Shown: positions 1 to 11,613 of the stretch, piece by piece
Layout of the letters: every line of letters begins with the position of its first letter
Numbering within the stretch: position 1 is the first letter of the stretch
NCBI GenBank assembly: GCA_013265495.1
Contig: MU058781.1
Span: 11,887,009-11,951,008, forward strand
DNA: 64,000 nt
Source: Vicugna vicugna
Lineage: Eukaryota
Direction: 5' to 3'
Notes under the pieces: generated by a model
Database searches by the model: none
What the model was told of the DNA's origin: nothing
The model's input: the letters and a program-made list of their open reading frames with translations, nothing else
Made by a program: the position numbers and the translations under genes

Positions 1-1464
1 TCAGCAGGTCTTCGTGGGTAAAGAAGGGGTTTATAGTTATAAATACTCAGTAATGTTTAATGTGATAGGAGGGTTACTCCATTTGCTGTGACTGTACACT
101 GCTGAGTTCTGTCCCCAGAGCTTTTGTCCCTTGGGAGACTCTATCATGTGGGGATCACTTGTCCAATCATAGTCCTCATTTTCCGTGCATATGACGAAAA
201 TAGCATGCTGGCGTATTCTCTTGAGTTTTTAGTAGTTCTGCATTATTATATTAGTTCTACTGAGAAAGGGTGGTCCTTTTCCTATTTCTTGACTGCTTCT
301 ATCAAGAGAGTGTATACTTTGGTAATAGTTTTGCCATTATGTCATTACCTATGAGCAGACATAAATCATCGCATCTTTAATTTTATAAGACTGGTTCAGA
401 GACTCTTATTCTAATGAAGTCTTTGGATTTAGCACTTTTCCAATAAGTGGGCCATTGATTGGGTTTTAACAACTATTTTGATGAATGAGTTGTACTGTTA
501 TGAAAGAATTTCACACTTAAATCTTACTTTTTGGGCTGTGCTATATTTTTGTCTTTGGAAAGTTACTTAAAATTAAAAGAATCAGCACATAAGTCTTATG
601 TGCTGAAGGTTAAAGGGTGACCCCATTGTTTCAGAAGCTGTCTCTTCACCAGCATTACTCCTCTCTTAAAGGGTCCCTAAAGGGTGTGATAGTTTTGGTG
701 GAGTTTGTGTATTCCGTGAATGAAAAGCAAACTGCAGACTTTTCTTTCTCTGATTTTCTTTTTCCTATCTGAGTGCCTGTTTGTTGCCCTACCAATAGAA
801 AATAAAATAAGCCCACCACAACAAATTGATGGAATGAAAATGAAGATGTGGTCACACGTGTTATAAACAGGGGAGTACCGCCATCTCCCCCAGGCACACA
901 CCCACAATCTCCTAAGCTTGGCCTGGGAGGGGAAAATGTCTTCCCATCTTTAGCTATTTGAACCCTCTTGGGAATTCATTTGAGTCTGAATTCTGGCTGC
1001 TTTAGGTGACTAGCTGGCTTCTAGCTAGCAGATGAAGGTGGAGTTTGGTTTTCCCCACCTCCATCTCCTTCCTCTTCTCCAGTGTGATTTATGGAGTTGC
1101 TAGCTGGAGTCTTCCCTGCCTGAAGGTTGTTCTCCTAATGTAACATAAGGACAAGAAGCCCTTTCCCTTTGATGCAACCCGCCTGATCCTTTTCTGGGCT
1201 TACTCTAATTCCCAGCATGGAGTCTGCCCAGTTTTTCACTATCCGGCCTGGTGCGGGGGGTTTCCAGGTCGTAGATACTTCAGGTGTTCTTCCTCTGACA
1301 GAAAAGCACCTCCCAGCAGTGTGGCCATAGGCACATCGGTGGTCTTTTGGGTTGTGGTACCCAGTACTCTTAGAGCCACCAAATGGACGTTTCTGTTCTC
1401 TGCAGAGTCTCTCTCTGGCTGGGAAGCAGGTGGCCGGATGCAAGGATGCTGGTGTAGGTGGATG

Positions 1465-1650
1465 GCAGTAATTAAGGGCATGAAGCAGCTTTGGAATTTG
1501 AGTTCCAGCCCTGCTGTGTGTGACCTCATGCATGTTACTTATCCTTGTTAAACCTCAGTAGCCCCTGCCAGTGGGGTTTGTATAAAGATTAATGAGCTAT
1601 GGCATAAGACACTCTTAGCACAGTCATTTACTGCCATGTGATCAGTAAAT
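1465..1650 (+). mobile_element. MIR SINE, degraded
   Basis: ctgtgtgtgacctc...aaacctcagt...gattaatgag...cttagcacagt follows the MIR order of motifs. Confidence 0.65.
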
Positions 1651-2224
1651 ACTGGAGGTGATGGTGATTTTATTAAGAAAGAATTGGCTGCAGTTGCCCC
1701 CTTCCCTCTTTCCAGGATTCTAGCATCACGGCCATTTAGACTGCATTGTTGTCCAGCTTAAGGAAACTGTCAACTTCATTATCTCTTTGGTTCCTTATTG
1801 CTTTCCCCTCCTTACAAATCCATTACTGAAATTTTAAAGATGTTTTCTTTAGCCTTTCCATAGTTAGACACCACTTTCTAAACAGAACTAAAAGGGAAAT
1901 TTGATTGAACCTCTGAATCTGACTCTCCCTAGTTAGCCCAGGTGGGCAGACCTTCCTTGGGAGGGTCATTTATTTTTCAAGCTATATAGTAAAGAAGCAT
2001 GGTTTCTCGTTACTTCTGAAGTCAATTTCCATGAAAATCTTCAGTGCTCAATGCATAGCTTAATGTCTTTTAGAACAATTGCTATTTTTGAACTGGTGTT
2101 GATGACACAACATTTGGAGTATAGAATATTCTCTATCTGATAAATCCTTCACTTGTAGGACTTCTACAGATGTCTAAAAACAATCCATTAGAATTTATTG
2201 CTTTTTTTCTAGAGGCCAAGAACA

Positions 2225-2500
2225 TGGGCTCGTTCATTTAGGGTCTGATACTTAAAAAGGCCAAAGTCTGGAGATTTAATTCCCAGATAGGCCAGTTAGT
2301 GTAGCTTTGTTCCACAACTTCAATTGAACCTCAAACCCCAGCCATCTGTCTCTAAAATGCATGCCATTCACCACAGGGGGCATTGGTCACATTGGTCAGA
2401 GACTGGGTAGATCCACAGAAGACCGTGAACACCCACGGTAGGAGGAGAGGAGAGATCCAAACGCCTGCACACAAGATGGTGAGTCAGTAGAATCAACCTC
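2225..2500 (+). mobile_element. MamSINE1-like ancient tRNA-derived SINE
   Basis: aggccaaagtc...ggccagttag...tttgttccac...aaatgcatgccatt...cacagggggc...gatggtgagtcagtag follows the MamSINE1 consensus as I recall it. Confidence 0.6.
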
Positions 2501-2799
2501 AAAAATGAATGCTGGAGAAGACAGTCAAGGAAGCTATTGTTTTAAACAATAAGAATTTTAAAAATTTTCAGGACTTGAGTAAAAATTGCTAAGTGACAGA
2601 TCAGAGTCCAGAGGGCAGGAAAGTTAGGAAACTCTTAGATATCTTAGTTCTAATTATATATTTGTATATGGCTCTTTGGTAGAAGATAAGGGGAAAGTAC
2701 CAGAAGGAAGAAGGCAGCCCTCCTGATGAACTTTGATCTTAAAAGGAAGTAGGCAAAAGATAGAGGGCTGACAGCCAGGGATACCGCAGCGATAGCGGG

Positions 2800-2995
2800 T
2801 GACATTTACACACTGGTGCCAGGCACTGCTCTACGCCCTCTTGGCTGACCGCATTAGAACTGAACGAGCTAGTGCTATTACTATCACCATTTTACAGGTG
2901 AGCAAATTGAGACACTGAGCTTTTAGGTATTGCTGTAGGTCACATAGCTAGTTAAGTAGCTGGGGTATGAATCGAGGCGGTCTGATTCTAGAGAT
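2800..2995 (-). mobile_element. MIR SINE
   Basis: gtgccaggcactgctcta...ccattttacaggtgagcaaattgagac...ggtcacatagctagt...gtctgattctagag is the reverse-strand MIR core. Confidence 0.8.
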
Positions 2996-3907
2996 GTGAG
3001 ACTTGCAGGCGATGCTATGGAAAGTAAAAGACTGATAAAGAAGCGTTCAGAGCCAGAAGAAAATAAAAGCTGCCTCTGAGCAGAACTGATGGAGGATGTG
3101 AGAACTAATGGAGTGTAACCCTTCAACTCCTATTATCTGTCTGTCTCTTACATGCATATTTAAGAATCCAGAATGCTAATGACACTACATGGGGGAAGTA
3201 ATAAGAAAGATCCAGTTTTTCCAAATGAATTTAAACCTCCTAGCTCAACAGAATTCCTTCTCAGCATCCTGAGAACACTGGGGATAGACAGAGGTAGTTC
3301 CTCCATCCCTACTATCTTTGAGGGAACCTGAGGGGTGGAAACGGTGCTAGACATGTGGAGGAAAGGGCACGTGTGTGGAAAAGGCTGGGAAGCTCTGCTT
3401 AGAAGGAGCTGGTAAGAGCTTACTGAGTTTCCAGACTTGTTCTCAATGAGAAAGGATGTTAAATGGGACAGAGCTTCATTGTCTGAAGTTAAGGTGAATT
3501 TCTTTATTAGCTGTTGAGTAACCTACATTTAGAAGAACTCAGGTATAGACTTTGGCACAGGTTTGGGGGGATGTCTCAGACGGGCTATGAACTTCAGAGG
3601 GTGATGAGACCGTTAAGGTTTCCTCTCGCGTGGTTCTCAGAACATGGCTTCTTATCTATAAAATTAGGCCAGAGACGTATTTGGATCTTTGGTTTTCCCT
3701 CTGTGAAGAGATCACTTCCATGTGAGAAAACTCGGATTCAGAGAGGATGAGAGTGACTTTCCCGAGGCCGGCCAGCTTTTGGTGACAGGCAGGCTAGACA
3801 CTCCTCTGGTGCCACTCTCCTGTGTACCGGGCCATCCAGAGTCTCTAGTAGTGGCGGAGGCGTGGGGGCTGGGCTCACCAGGGCTCACATCCCAGCTCGG
3901 CCACTTA

Positions 3908-4236
3908 CAGTCATCCCTTGTATCTGTAGGGGATTGGTTCTGGGGACCCCCTCCCCGGCCATGGATATCTAAATCCAAGATGCTCATGTTCCTTATATAA
4001 AATGGCATAGTATTTGCATGTGACCTATGCACACCCCGCTGAATACCTTAAATCATCTCTAGATTACCTATAATACCTAATACAATGCAACTGCCATGTA
4101 AATAGTTGCTGGAGTACGGGAAATTCAAATTTTGGTTTTGGGAACTTTCCAGAATTTTTTTCCCTGAATAGTTCTGCACCATCCACGGTTGGTTGAATCT
4201 GCAGATGTGGGGCCCTCAGATCCTGGAGGCCAACTG
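3908..4236. mobile_element. MER2-family (TcMar-Tigger) non-autonomous DNA transposon
   Basis: TA|cagtcatccctt...ggaggccaactg|TA gives terminal inverted repeats and a TA duplication. Internal aaatcatctctagattac and ttggttgaatctgcagatg are typical of MER2. Confidence 0.85.
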
Positions 4237-6996
4237 TACTCTGTAACCTTGATTACTGCTTTGACTGCTCAACCGAAGACAGGATATTGTTGTGAGGATT
4301 AGGTGAAAAGAAAGTGCTTGGCATATAGTAAGTACTAAGGGTATGTTCTCTACTTAGGCTTAAAAATCTTTATTTATTACTGCTAGTAAGTTTTCCAGCA
4401 TCTCTCAACTCATGGCTAAGAAGTTTCCTTTTTGCCTTATTTTTCTCTCTGGGTGATGTGAAATTTTAAAAGGACATTTCTTATAGTTTCTCTGTATGTA
4501 AAATCCTCACATCTTCTAAGGCCCTTTGGGTGAAGGATCCAACTACAGGGCCTTTAGCAATTCTTACTAGCTCTGCAAGTATGTGATTTATTCTTTTTTG
4601 AAAACGATGCCTTCTAACTTTCTTCCTCCTCCAGCTACTCCCGTGGTTCGCTGGTTACTGTGGTAACCACGCTCTAATAATCCTGTCAGGAAATATGATG
4701 TAACTGTCTGTCTAATCTTATTTTCCAGACGTAAAACAAGCACAGAGCTTCCTTCTAAGAATCCTTCTAAAGCGTTAAGGGCCCAATCGCTGCTCGTTGT
4801 TCTGATGTTTTATAAGATTGTAGGTACTTGCGGAAGAATGCGCATCATTGCGTGTTTCCTTAACTTAGAATGTTTATAGCACCCAGTGGCCAGTGTGTCA
4901 CCGAAGGCTAAGTGCTTTCATGCTCATTCTCCTGCAATTGAGGGAATTGGGGGTAGCTTAAAAAAACGCGGAATTGTGGTTTCTAGAGGATTTACATTTA
5001 TTTTTGAACATGAAGGATCTAAGGTAGTTGCCGGGATCGTGAAATCAAGTCAATATTTTCACATTTTTTGGAAGATGCTAATTGTACAAAACATCTCCCT
5101 CCTGGCCCATGAGTGAGGCGTAAGTTTGTACCTCCACAAGTACACACCGTGTCCTCAGCACCCCGACACCCTCAACTGGGATCAAATAGGACCCCTAGTT
5201 CTCTGCTCCTGGCAAGACCCCTCCATCAGTGCCAGCCTCTCCATCACTCTCCTCCTTCACTGTCAGGACCAATCTCATCACACTTCTTCCTCCTGTTTGT
5301 GTCAGTCACCATGGGACGCCTGGACTCCCAAGGCATCCCTCATCCCTGTGTCCTGTCCTCATTTGACTCTTAACTTCAGTTTTTAAAATCTCGTCTCTCC
5401 CCTTTGGCACTTGCTCCCTGTGTGCTCTGTGCCTTTGGGGTCAGTCATCAGTGAATCCCAAACTTCCTTACCTTGTCTGTGAATATTTTCTTCGTCTTGC
5501 TATTTTGAAAACCTGGGTCTCCACTGACAATACTGCTTCTCCTGCAGCCCACTTGAAAGGGCTGCAGTTTTTAACCTTACCCTTGAACCATGGCTAGGGG
5601 GTGGGTAGAATCCTCTACACAGTTTCTATATCCCCTCCCGAAAGCCTCCTCCTCTGAGTCTCAGGTCTCTCTATGGCCCACTGTCCCTCGGTCACCTGCT
5701 TCTCCACCCAGTCACTCCCCTCATCCGCTGGAGATTTCTGTTTCTGGTTCGCTGTCCTCTCCAGCACCACTCCTGCTAGTTCTCCCGAATTTCAGTATTC
5801 ATGTTGGTAACCCTTTCATCACCGTCATCTCTTAGGTTCTCAACCTCATCTCCTCCCATGAATGTGTCTCAGCCACTCCACCCATGGTCATGCCCCTGGT
5901 CCTGTTATCACTGGTCACCTCGGTGCCTCTGTAGCTCTCTCTGGATGTCCCCACTCTGACTATCACTTCTCTTCCTCGCTGGCCTTATGTGATACCTCCA
6001 AACTCAACGGTCCTTGGACCACCAGAACCTTCATTTCATTGAATCTGCCACCTCTACATGGTTCTGCCCTCACCCCAAGTCCTTCCCTTTCTCCTTTCCC
6101 AGCTTGAATTCCATGATCAACCACTGTCATCACTGCTATATATCCTCAACTCCCTTGTCCCTCTCACGCTATATTCTCTCTTGACTAAACCACAGTTCCA
6201 GTTAAATCCATCTCTTTCTCTTCACTGACTCTGCACTTGCACCAGTGCAGCCAAATGTGCCAGGACAGACACCATACAGATGTCTCACTCTGAGTTAATG
6301 GTCACAAATGCCAGGTGGACCCTCGATGCTGCCTGGCAGCCGTTTCATGTTCCCACTATCTGTTCATTTCCTACCTCTCTTACATAGCTATCGCATCCTT
6401 TATACTTGCTCTTTAAACATCCACTGTCTCCTCTCTCTCAGCCACTTCCTTTTTCGGTTAAAAAACAAAACAAAACAAAACCAGAAATGTTTAGAAGAGA
6501 ACTTACACCGACCATACATGCCACCTGCCTGTGTCTGTTCCCAAGCTCCCAGCATCTTGAGCACAACATCCTATTTCCATCTCCCTGTACCTTCTCAAGG
6601 ACGTTGCTCCCTAAAATTTCCCCTCTCCTTCCTATATCATCAGTTTTCCTCTCTCTGCTGAATTCCCACTGGCATCCAAGTTATTAGTTTTTCCCATTAA
6701 ATAAAAGCATCCTCTTTTGACTCTAACTTCCCCTCCAGCTACTAGCCAATTTCTTTTCTAAACTCTTACAACAGAACATTTTGAACGAGTCATCTGTATT
6801 CATTATGTCTAATGCCACCCCTCCCGTTCTGTCCTGAACCCAGTACAGTGGGGTTTTTACCCCTCACTCGTACTCCACTGGCCCTGCCCCTTCCAGATCA
6901 TCAGTGACATTTCATTGTTGTAGCCTACAGCGGTCCCAGCCTCCTCTTACTTCACCTACCAGCAGCATTTGACACGGTTGATTATTTTCCCCCTTG

Positions 6997-7128
6997 TTTT
7001 TGTTTTTGTTTTGGTGGGGGGAGGTAATTAGGTTTATTTATTTATTTTTTAATAGAGGTACTGGGGATTGAACCCAGGACCTCATGCCTGCTAGGCATGC
7101 CCTCTACCACTGAGCTATCCCCTCTCGC
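6997..7128 (-). mobile_element. tRNA-Ala-derived SINE (camelid Vic-1 type)
   Basis: Reverse complement of a tRNA-like head with A and B boxes, plus the aaataaacctaattacctcccccc tail. TSD attttcccccttg (6984-6996) / attctccccattg (7129-7141), 11/13 match. Confidence 0.9.
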
Positions 7129-7448
7129 ATTCTCCCCATTGAATACATTCTCCACTTGACTGCCTGGACACACCCCTCGTGGTTTTCCTTTTTCCACTCT
7201 GGCTGGTTTTTCTCAGTCTCTTTTGCTGGTTCCTCATCTCCCCAAACTCTAAAAGGAGTGCCTCTGGGCACTTGGATCTCTTCACTATTTATGCTTATGC
7301 TTTAAAAATCATCTATATAATGAGGATTTCCACATTTTTATCTGTATCCCAGATCTCTCCCATGAACGCCAGATCCCTTTTACCTGACCGCCTGCTGGTC
7401 ACCTCTACCTGGATGTGTCTAATAGGCATTTCCAACTTAACATGTCCA

Positions 7449-7869
7449 TGGATCCCCTCCAGGGTCCGTGTGTCTGTTTCACCAGGTGATCGTGTCTCGG
7501 GGACCCCTTCTGGGAAATTGCTTCTGGGGGGATTGCCCAAGGATGTGTGGGCAAGATGGGTCTTCCAGAGGCAAAGGGAGGGGGAAAATGGCAGGCTGGG
7601 GGGCAAAATTGCCTTGATAATTGCTTCAGTCTTGTGAAAGTTAATGTTGCTGAGAAGCGTTCATGGTTTTGGAGGGAGGGTCAAAGAGGGGTGTAGGGTG
7701 TGGGGATGGGCTTTGGAAAAGGCAAATCAGTTGTGGAACTTGGAGCTGATAATGCCTTTTCTGAATGGATCTTGAGGCTACATCCTGTCAGTTCGTTCTT
7801 TGATTTATAAATACAGGAATACTGGAAGGAAAAATCAACTGCTTAAATTAGAACAACAAGAAAAACAAA
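7449..7869 (+). mobile_element. 421-bp retroposed insert of unrecognised origin (possible processed-transcript 3' fragment)
   Basis: Exact 16-bp direct repeat caacttaacatgtcca at 7433-7448 and 7870-7885. A-rich tail agaacaacaagaaaaacaaa. The L2 sequence resumes across the site. Confidence 0.8.
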
Positions 7870-9616
7870 CAACTTAACATGTCCAAAAAGGAAATCCTGG
7901 TTCTCCTCTTACCTCCTATCTGCTCCCCAACCCCCATGCCCTGCCCATCTTTGTATCTCTGTGAACAACATTCCAGTCTTCCATTTACTGAGGACAAAAC
8001 ATTTGGAGTCATTCTTGAATTATCTTTCTCTCGCACTCCATCGGCAAATCCACCTTCAAAATACAGTCAGAATCCATTTCTTATCACCCGGCTGCTATCA
8101 CGCTGGACCAGGCCATCTTCACTTTTCATCTGGATGAATGGAATGTCCTTCTCACTGGCCTCTCTGCTTCTTGTCGGGTCCCTTCCAGTCTGTTATTAGA
8201 CATACTCAGATCACGTCATTCCCCTTTCCATTTCATTCAGAGGAAAAGCTTTTATTCAAAAGCTTGGGCTTTTGAACTACGGTGTGGTCTCGCCTGCCAT
8301 GACTCCCCGACCTCACCTCTCACCCACCCCCAAGTCCTCTCTCTGCCTCATCCGTCCTGGCTGTTTCTTGGAAGCATCAAGGACTGCTTCCACCTCAGAG
8401 CTTTTGCATTTGCTGGAATTCCCTTTCCTTTCCCGCTGTGTGTCCATGTGGCAAGGTTCCCTCATGTCCCATGAATCTTTCCTCGAAGGTCACTTGTCCA
8501 GTGAGGGTTCCCTGACTACCTCTCTTAACGTTCCTGTCCCCTTTCTCTATGTTTGTATTCCCTAGCATTTAGCATAATCGAACAGAGTTTCTATTTTATT
8601 TATTTATCTCACGCGTAGTCTCTTCGCCCTCCTGCTAGAATAGAAGTTCCCCAAGACCAGAGGTCTCTGTGCTGCTCACTGCTGAATCCCAAGGCTGGAA
8701 ACATAGGCTGCTTTCTGGTAGAGCCTCATAAATGTTTGTTAAACAAGAATGACTCTTTCTTGCTCTGGGCACTCTTTTGGCTTAAAGTTATTGTAAATCT
8801 GTTTGCCACAAAGCACTAATAAAACAAATTATTTGATTTCATGTTTTCTATTAAGTATATTTACTGTATATGTCACCTCGATTTATGACCATAATAATAG
8901 GAATGGCCAACAGAAGGCAAATGAGAAAAGAGTTCCTACAGCTTTTCCTGTTGGTTCACGTCAGCGAACATGGTACAGCTCTCGATACGCATTTGGCAGT
9001 AGGTCGGCTTATTTATGTACACGTATCCCGCCTTATTATAAAGCAGAAAAGACGGAAAGGGGCTGGCTGGAAATGTGATGAGGTAAGGGTGTTGTAACCT
9101 GACAGACTGTTTCAGATGCTGGGTGGTTTGAACAGACTGGACGTTATTTATGTTAATAATCTCATTTCCAAGAGGCATTGATCAGTGCCTTTTGTTGTGC
9201 CGTTTGCATTTTCCGTGCCAGAGCTTTTGCATTTCTTACTTCAGTTCTGCCTCCCTCGTTGGGGTAATCATGTCTCCAGTCCTCCAGTTGTAAGTTAATT
9301 TGTATTCTAAGACCAAGAAGCTATTGAGTATTTGGCAACTTTCTCAATTCAAGGCAGAGTAATCATAATTACCTAAAGTCAGCCATTTGCTGTCTGAGGA
9401 GAAGTTCACTGATCCCACGCCCCACTGGTTACTGCCCGTTCCCAAGACAGCAAAGGACACAGCCTGTTCTGGTACATTCTGGTTTCTCTCAGTCTAACAG
9501 GGTGAAGATTCAAGGCAATTCATGTTCCTGCTTACTAGCAAGTTATAAAGAATGCTTCATTTTAGAAATTAATAGCCTATAAAATTAACACATTGGGTGG
9601 AGTATAGTTCTGTGAG

Positions 9617-9880
9617 TTTAAAAAAAATTAGATTTATGGAAGAGTAGTCAGGGCAGTTCAGAGTTCGTATGTGCCCCTTATCCAGGTTTTCTTAACATTA
9701 ACAGCTTATTTAACTATAGTAAGTTGATCAAGGCCAAGAAATTAACATTGGTGCAATATGATGTACTAAACTGTAGACTTTATTTGTGTTTCTACCATTT
9801 TCCCCACTATAATGTCCTTTAATTCCAGGATCCAATCCAGGACACTATGTTTCATTTAGTCGTTTTTCTCCTAGTCTCCT
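9617..9880 (-). mobile_element. Old L1M (L1MC-like) 3' UTR fragment
   Basis: aagaaattaacattggtgcaat...actaaactgtagactttattt...ccaggatccaatccaggacac...catttagt is typical of L1MC 3' ends. Confidence 0.8.
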
Positions 9881-10005
9881 GCCATCAGTAGTACCTCTTT
9901 CAAAGCTTCCATGGATGGAGAAAATGGGTCAAGTTAAGGCTGTAGTGACGTTGTGAGAATTACAGGTTTAAGGAGCTACATGGGACTTTGGAGATGTTCT
10001 GATCA

Positions 10006-10155
10006 AGGGGCTGCCAAGGAGGGGTCCTAGGACCTGAATCTGGCTCCCATGATGTTGGAATGTGACTTGAATTTATTGCCAACATTTAATGACGAGGAGG
10101 TTTTCCAGAAAAATCTATATTTTTGGCTTCTCTTTAAGAAATTGGTAGCTCCTGC
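10006..10155. mobile_element. MER102-like hAT-Charlie fragment
   Basis: gccaacatttaa...aaaaatctatatttttggcttctctt resembles MER102. Confidence 0.55.
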
Positions 10156-10589
10156 TGCTCATGGTCTGTTTGTTGACTGGGAAGATGGTGTGGCCCCAAG
10201 AGGTGGCCATCCCTTCTGTGGTCAAGTGTTTCCAGTTCACTTCAGGTGGTGCCCCTCTGAATGCTTCCCTGGGCTCACCCAGCCCCCCATTTTGTGGTTG
10301 AAGATGCCCAGGAAACGAGGTTTGTGCAGAGCCTGCCTTCGCTCTTTCTGCACGTGCTCCTCTTGGCCTCAGAGCTTGCAAGGTGTGGTGTTGGTGCCTC
10401 GGAAGGGTGGCAAAGATGATGGCGGGAAGCGGGCGTACAATAAATGCTCCCCAGATTCTAGCCCCTCCTCATCTGCCTGCATCTTTCCTTGCGTCCCACA
10501 AATACGAGAGCTTGCAATTGAGTTCCTCGAGACAACATCTGGTTTGCAGTCACTAACTGTTTAGCTGTACACGGCTATCTGAAATGTAC

Positions 10590-10785
10590 GAGTTGCTCCT
10601 AGTTAAAAACCAGGGAGTGAACCTGAAAATCCAGATTTGTGACATCTCCTGAGAAGGCAAGTGACCAGGCAACACTGGGGCTGCCTTCCCAGCTGGCCTG
10701 GCCTCCCAGCCTGGACAGGGTCACCTGGCCCCTGCATTCCATTTGTGGGACCCTGTGGGCAACCGTGTGCATTTGCAGCATTGGC
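10590..10785. mobile_element. MER102-like hAT-Charlie fragment
   Basis: ttaaaaaccaggg...aaaatccagattt...ggcaacactggggc resembles MER102. Confidence 0.55.
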
Positions 10786-11349
10786 CTTAGGTTATGAAAT
10801 TGGAAACCAGGGAAGCCCTAGTCATTTACTTTTGTGTTTCTCGACATTAAGTTATTCTTGCCAAGGAATTATTTCAGTGACTTCTCCAAGTTGTTGAGGA
10901 GAAAGGGAATTTGGGACAAGGGCTGTGGTCGGATCAGAGCCCAGGTGTGCTGAAAGTTGGCTGTCTTGTTTTTGTCTTCTGTGCCCTGTCCCCTCCTCCT
11001 GGACATGCTGTCAGTTCCTTTTATGTGACCTAAGGTTAATGCTACATATCGGTGTAGAGTGTTCTGTTCAGGGACACTTTTGCTAGAAGAGCTCAAAGCA
11101 CTATACGTAAAGGACTAAGTGGACGCTGCAGTGGTGGGATTTCAGGCAGTGTCGGTGGGCATCCCTGTAATCTCATCCCAGGTGCGTATACATACAGAAA
11201 CAAGAAGAGAGCGTTCTCTTCTCAGGTCATTATGGAAACACAGGACTAATTATTAAAGCAGATTTGCATGTGTGTGTAACTCTGTGTACCTGTGAAATCT
11301 ATGTGGCCCCCGTGGCAGCTGCGAGTTTCTAAGGAGCTCCCGAGCCCTT

Positions 11350-11613
11350 GGCTTGTGCTAGTCTGAATTGAGTTGTGCTGTGAGTGTGAAATACACACCA
11401 GATTTCCGAGACTTACTACGAAAGAAAGAATTTAAAATGTCTCAGTAATCATTTTTATATTAATTACATGTTAAAACGGTACAATTTTGGATACTTCAGT
11501 TAAATAAAATGTTAATTTCATCTCTCTCTTTTTTTTAACATTAAAAAATGTGGCCACAAGACAATTTAAACTCACAGACACAACTCAAGTTATGTTTCTA
11601 TAGGACAGAGCAG
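11350..11613. mobile_element. MER33-like hAT-Charlie element
   Basis: gtgctgtgagtgtgaaatacacaccagatttc...aatgtggccacaagacaatttaaa...tttctataggacagagcag. Confidence 0.8.

Larger units (their letters stand above)
5100..8752 (+). mobile_element. Long L2 (L2a-like) LINE fossil, interrupted by two younger insertions
   Basis: Degenerate ORF2 motifs occur in order: LAILKTWVSTDNTASPAA (~5496), PNFSIHV (GDFNIHV-like), HGHAPGPVIT, SDYH, and the RT motif AAFDTVD (~6962-6982). The 3' tail ataaatgtttgttaaacaagaatga is at ~8728-8752. Confidence 0.85.

Noticed and set aside
5113..8565. Dense cluster of + strand ORFs suggesting a gene
   Set aside because: These are fragments of the decayed L2 ORF2 and its C/T-rich, stop-poor composition.
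10049..10564. 171-aa ATG-initiated ORF
   Set aside because: It starts inside a MER102-like fragment and has no recognisable domain or splice context.
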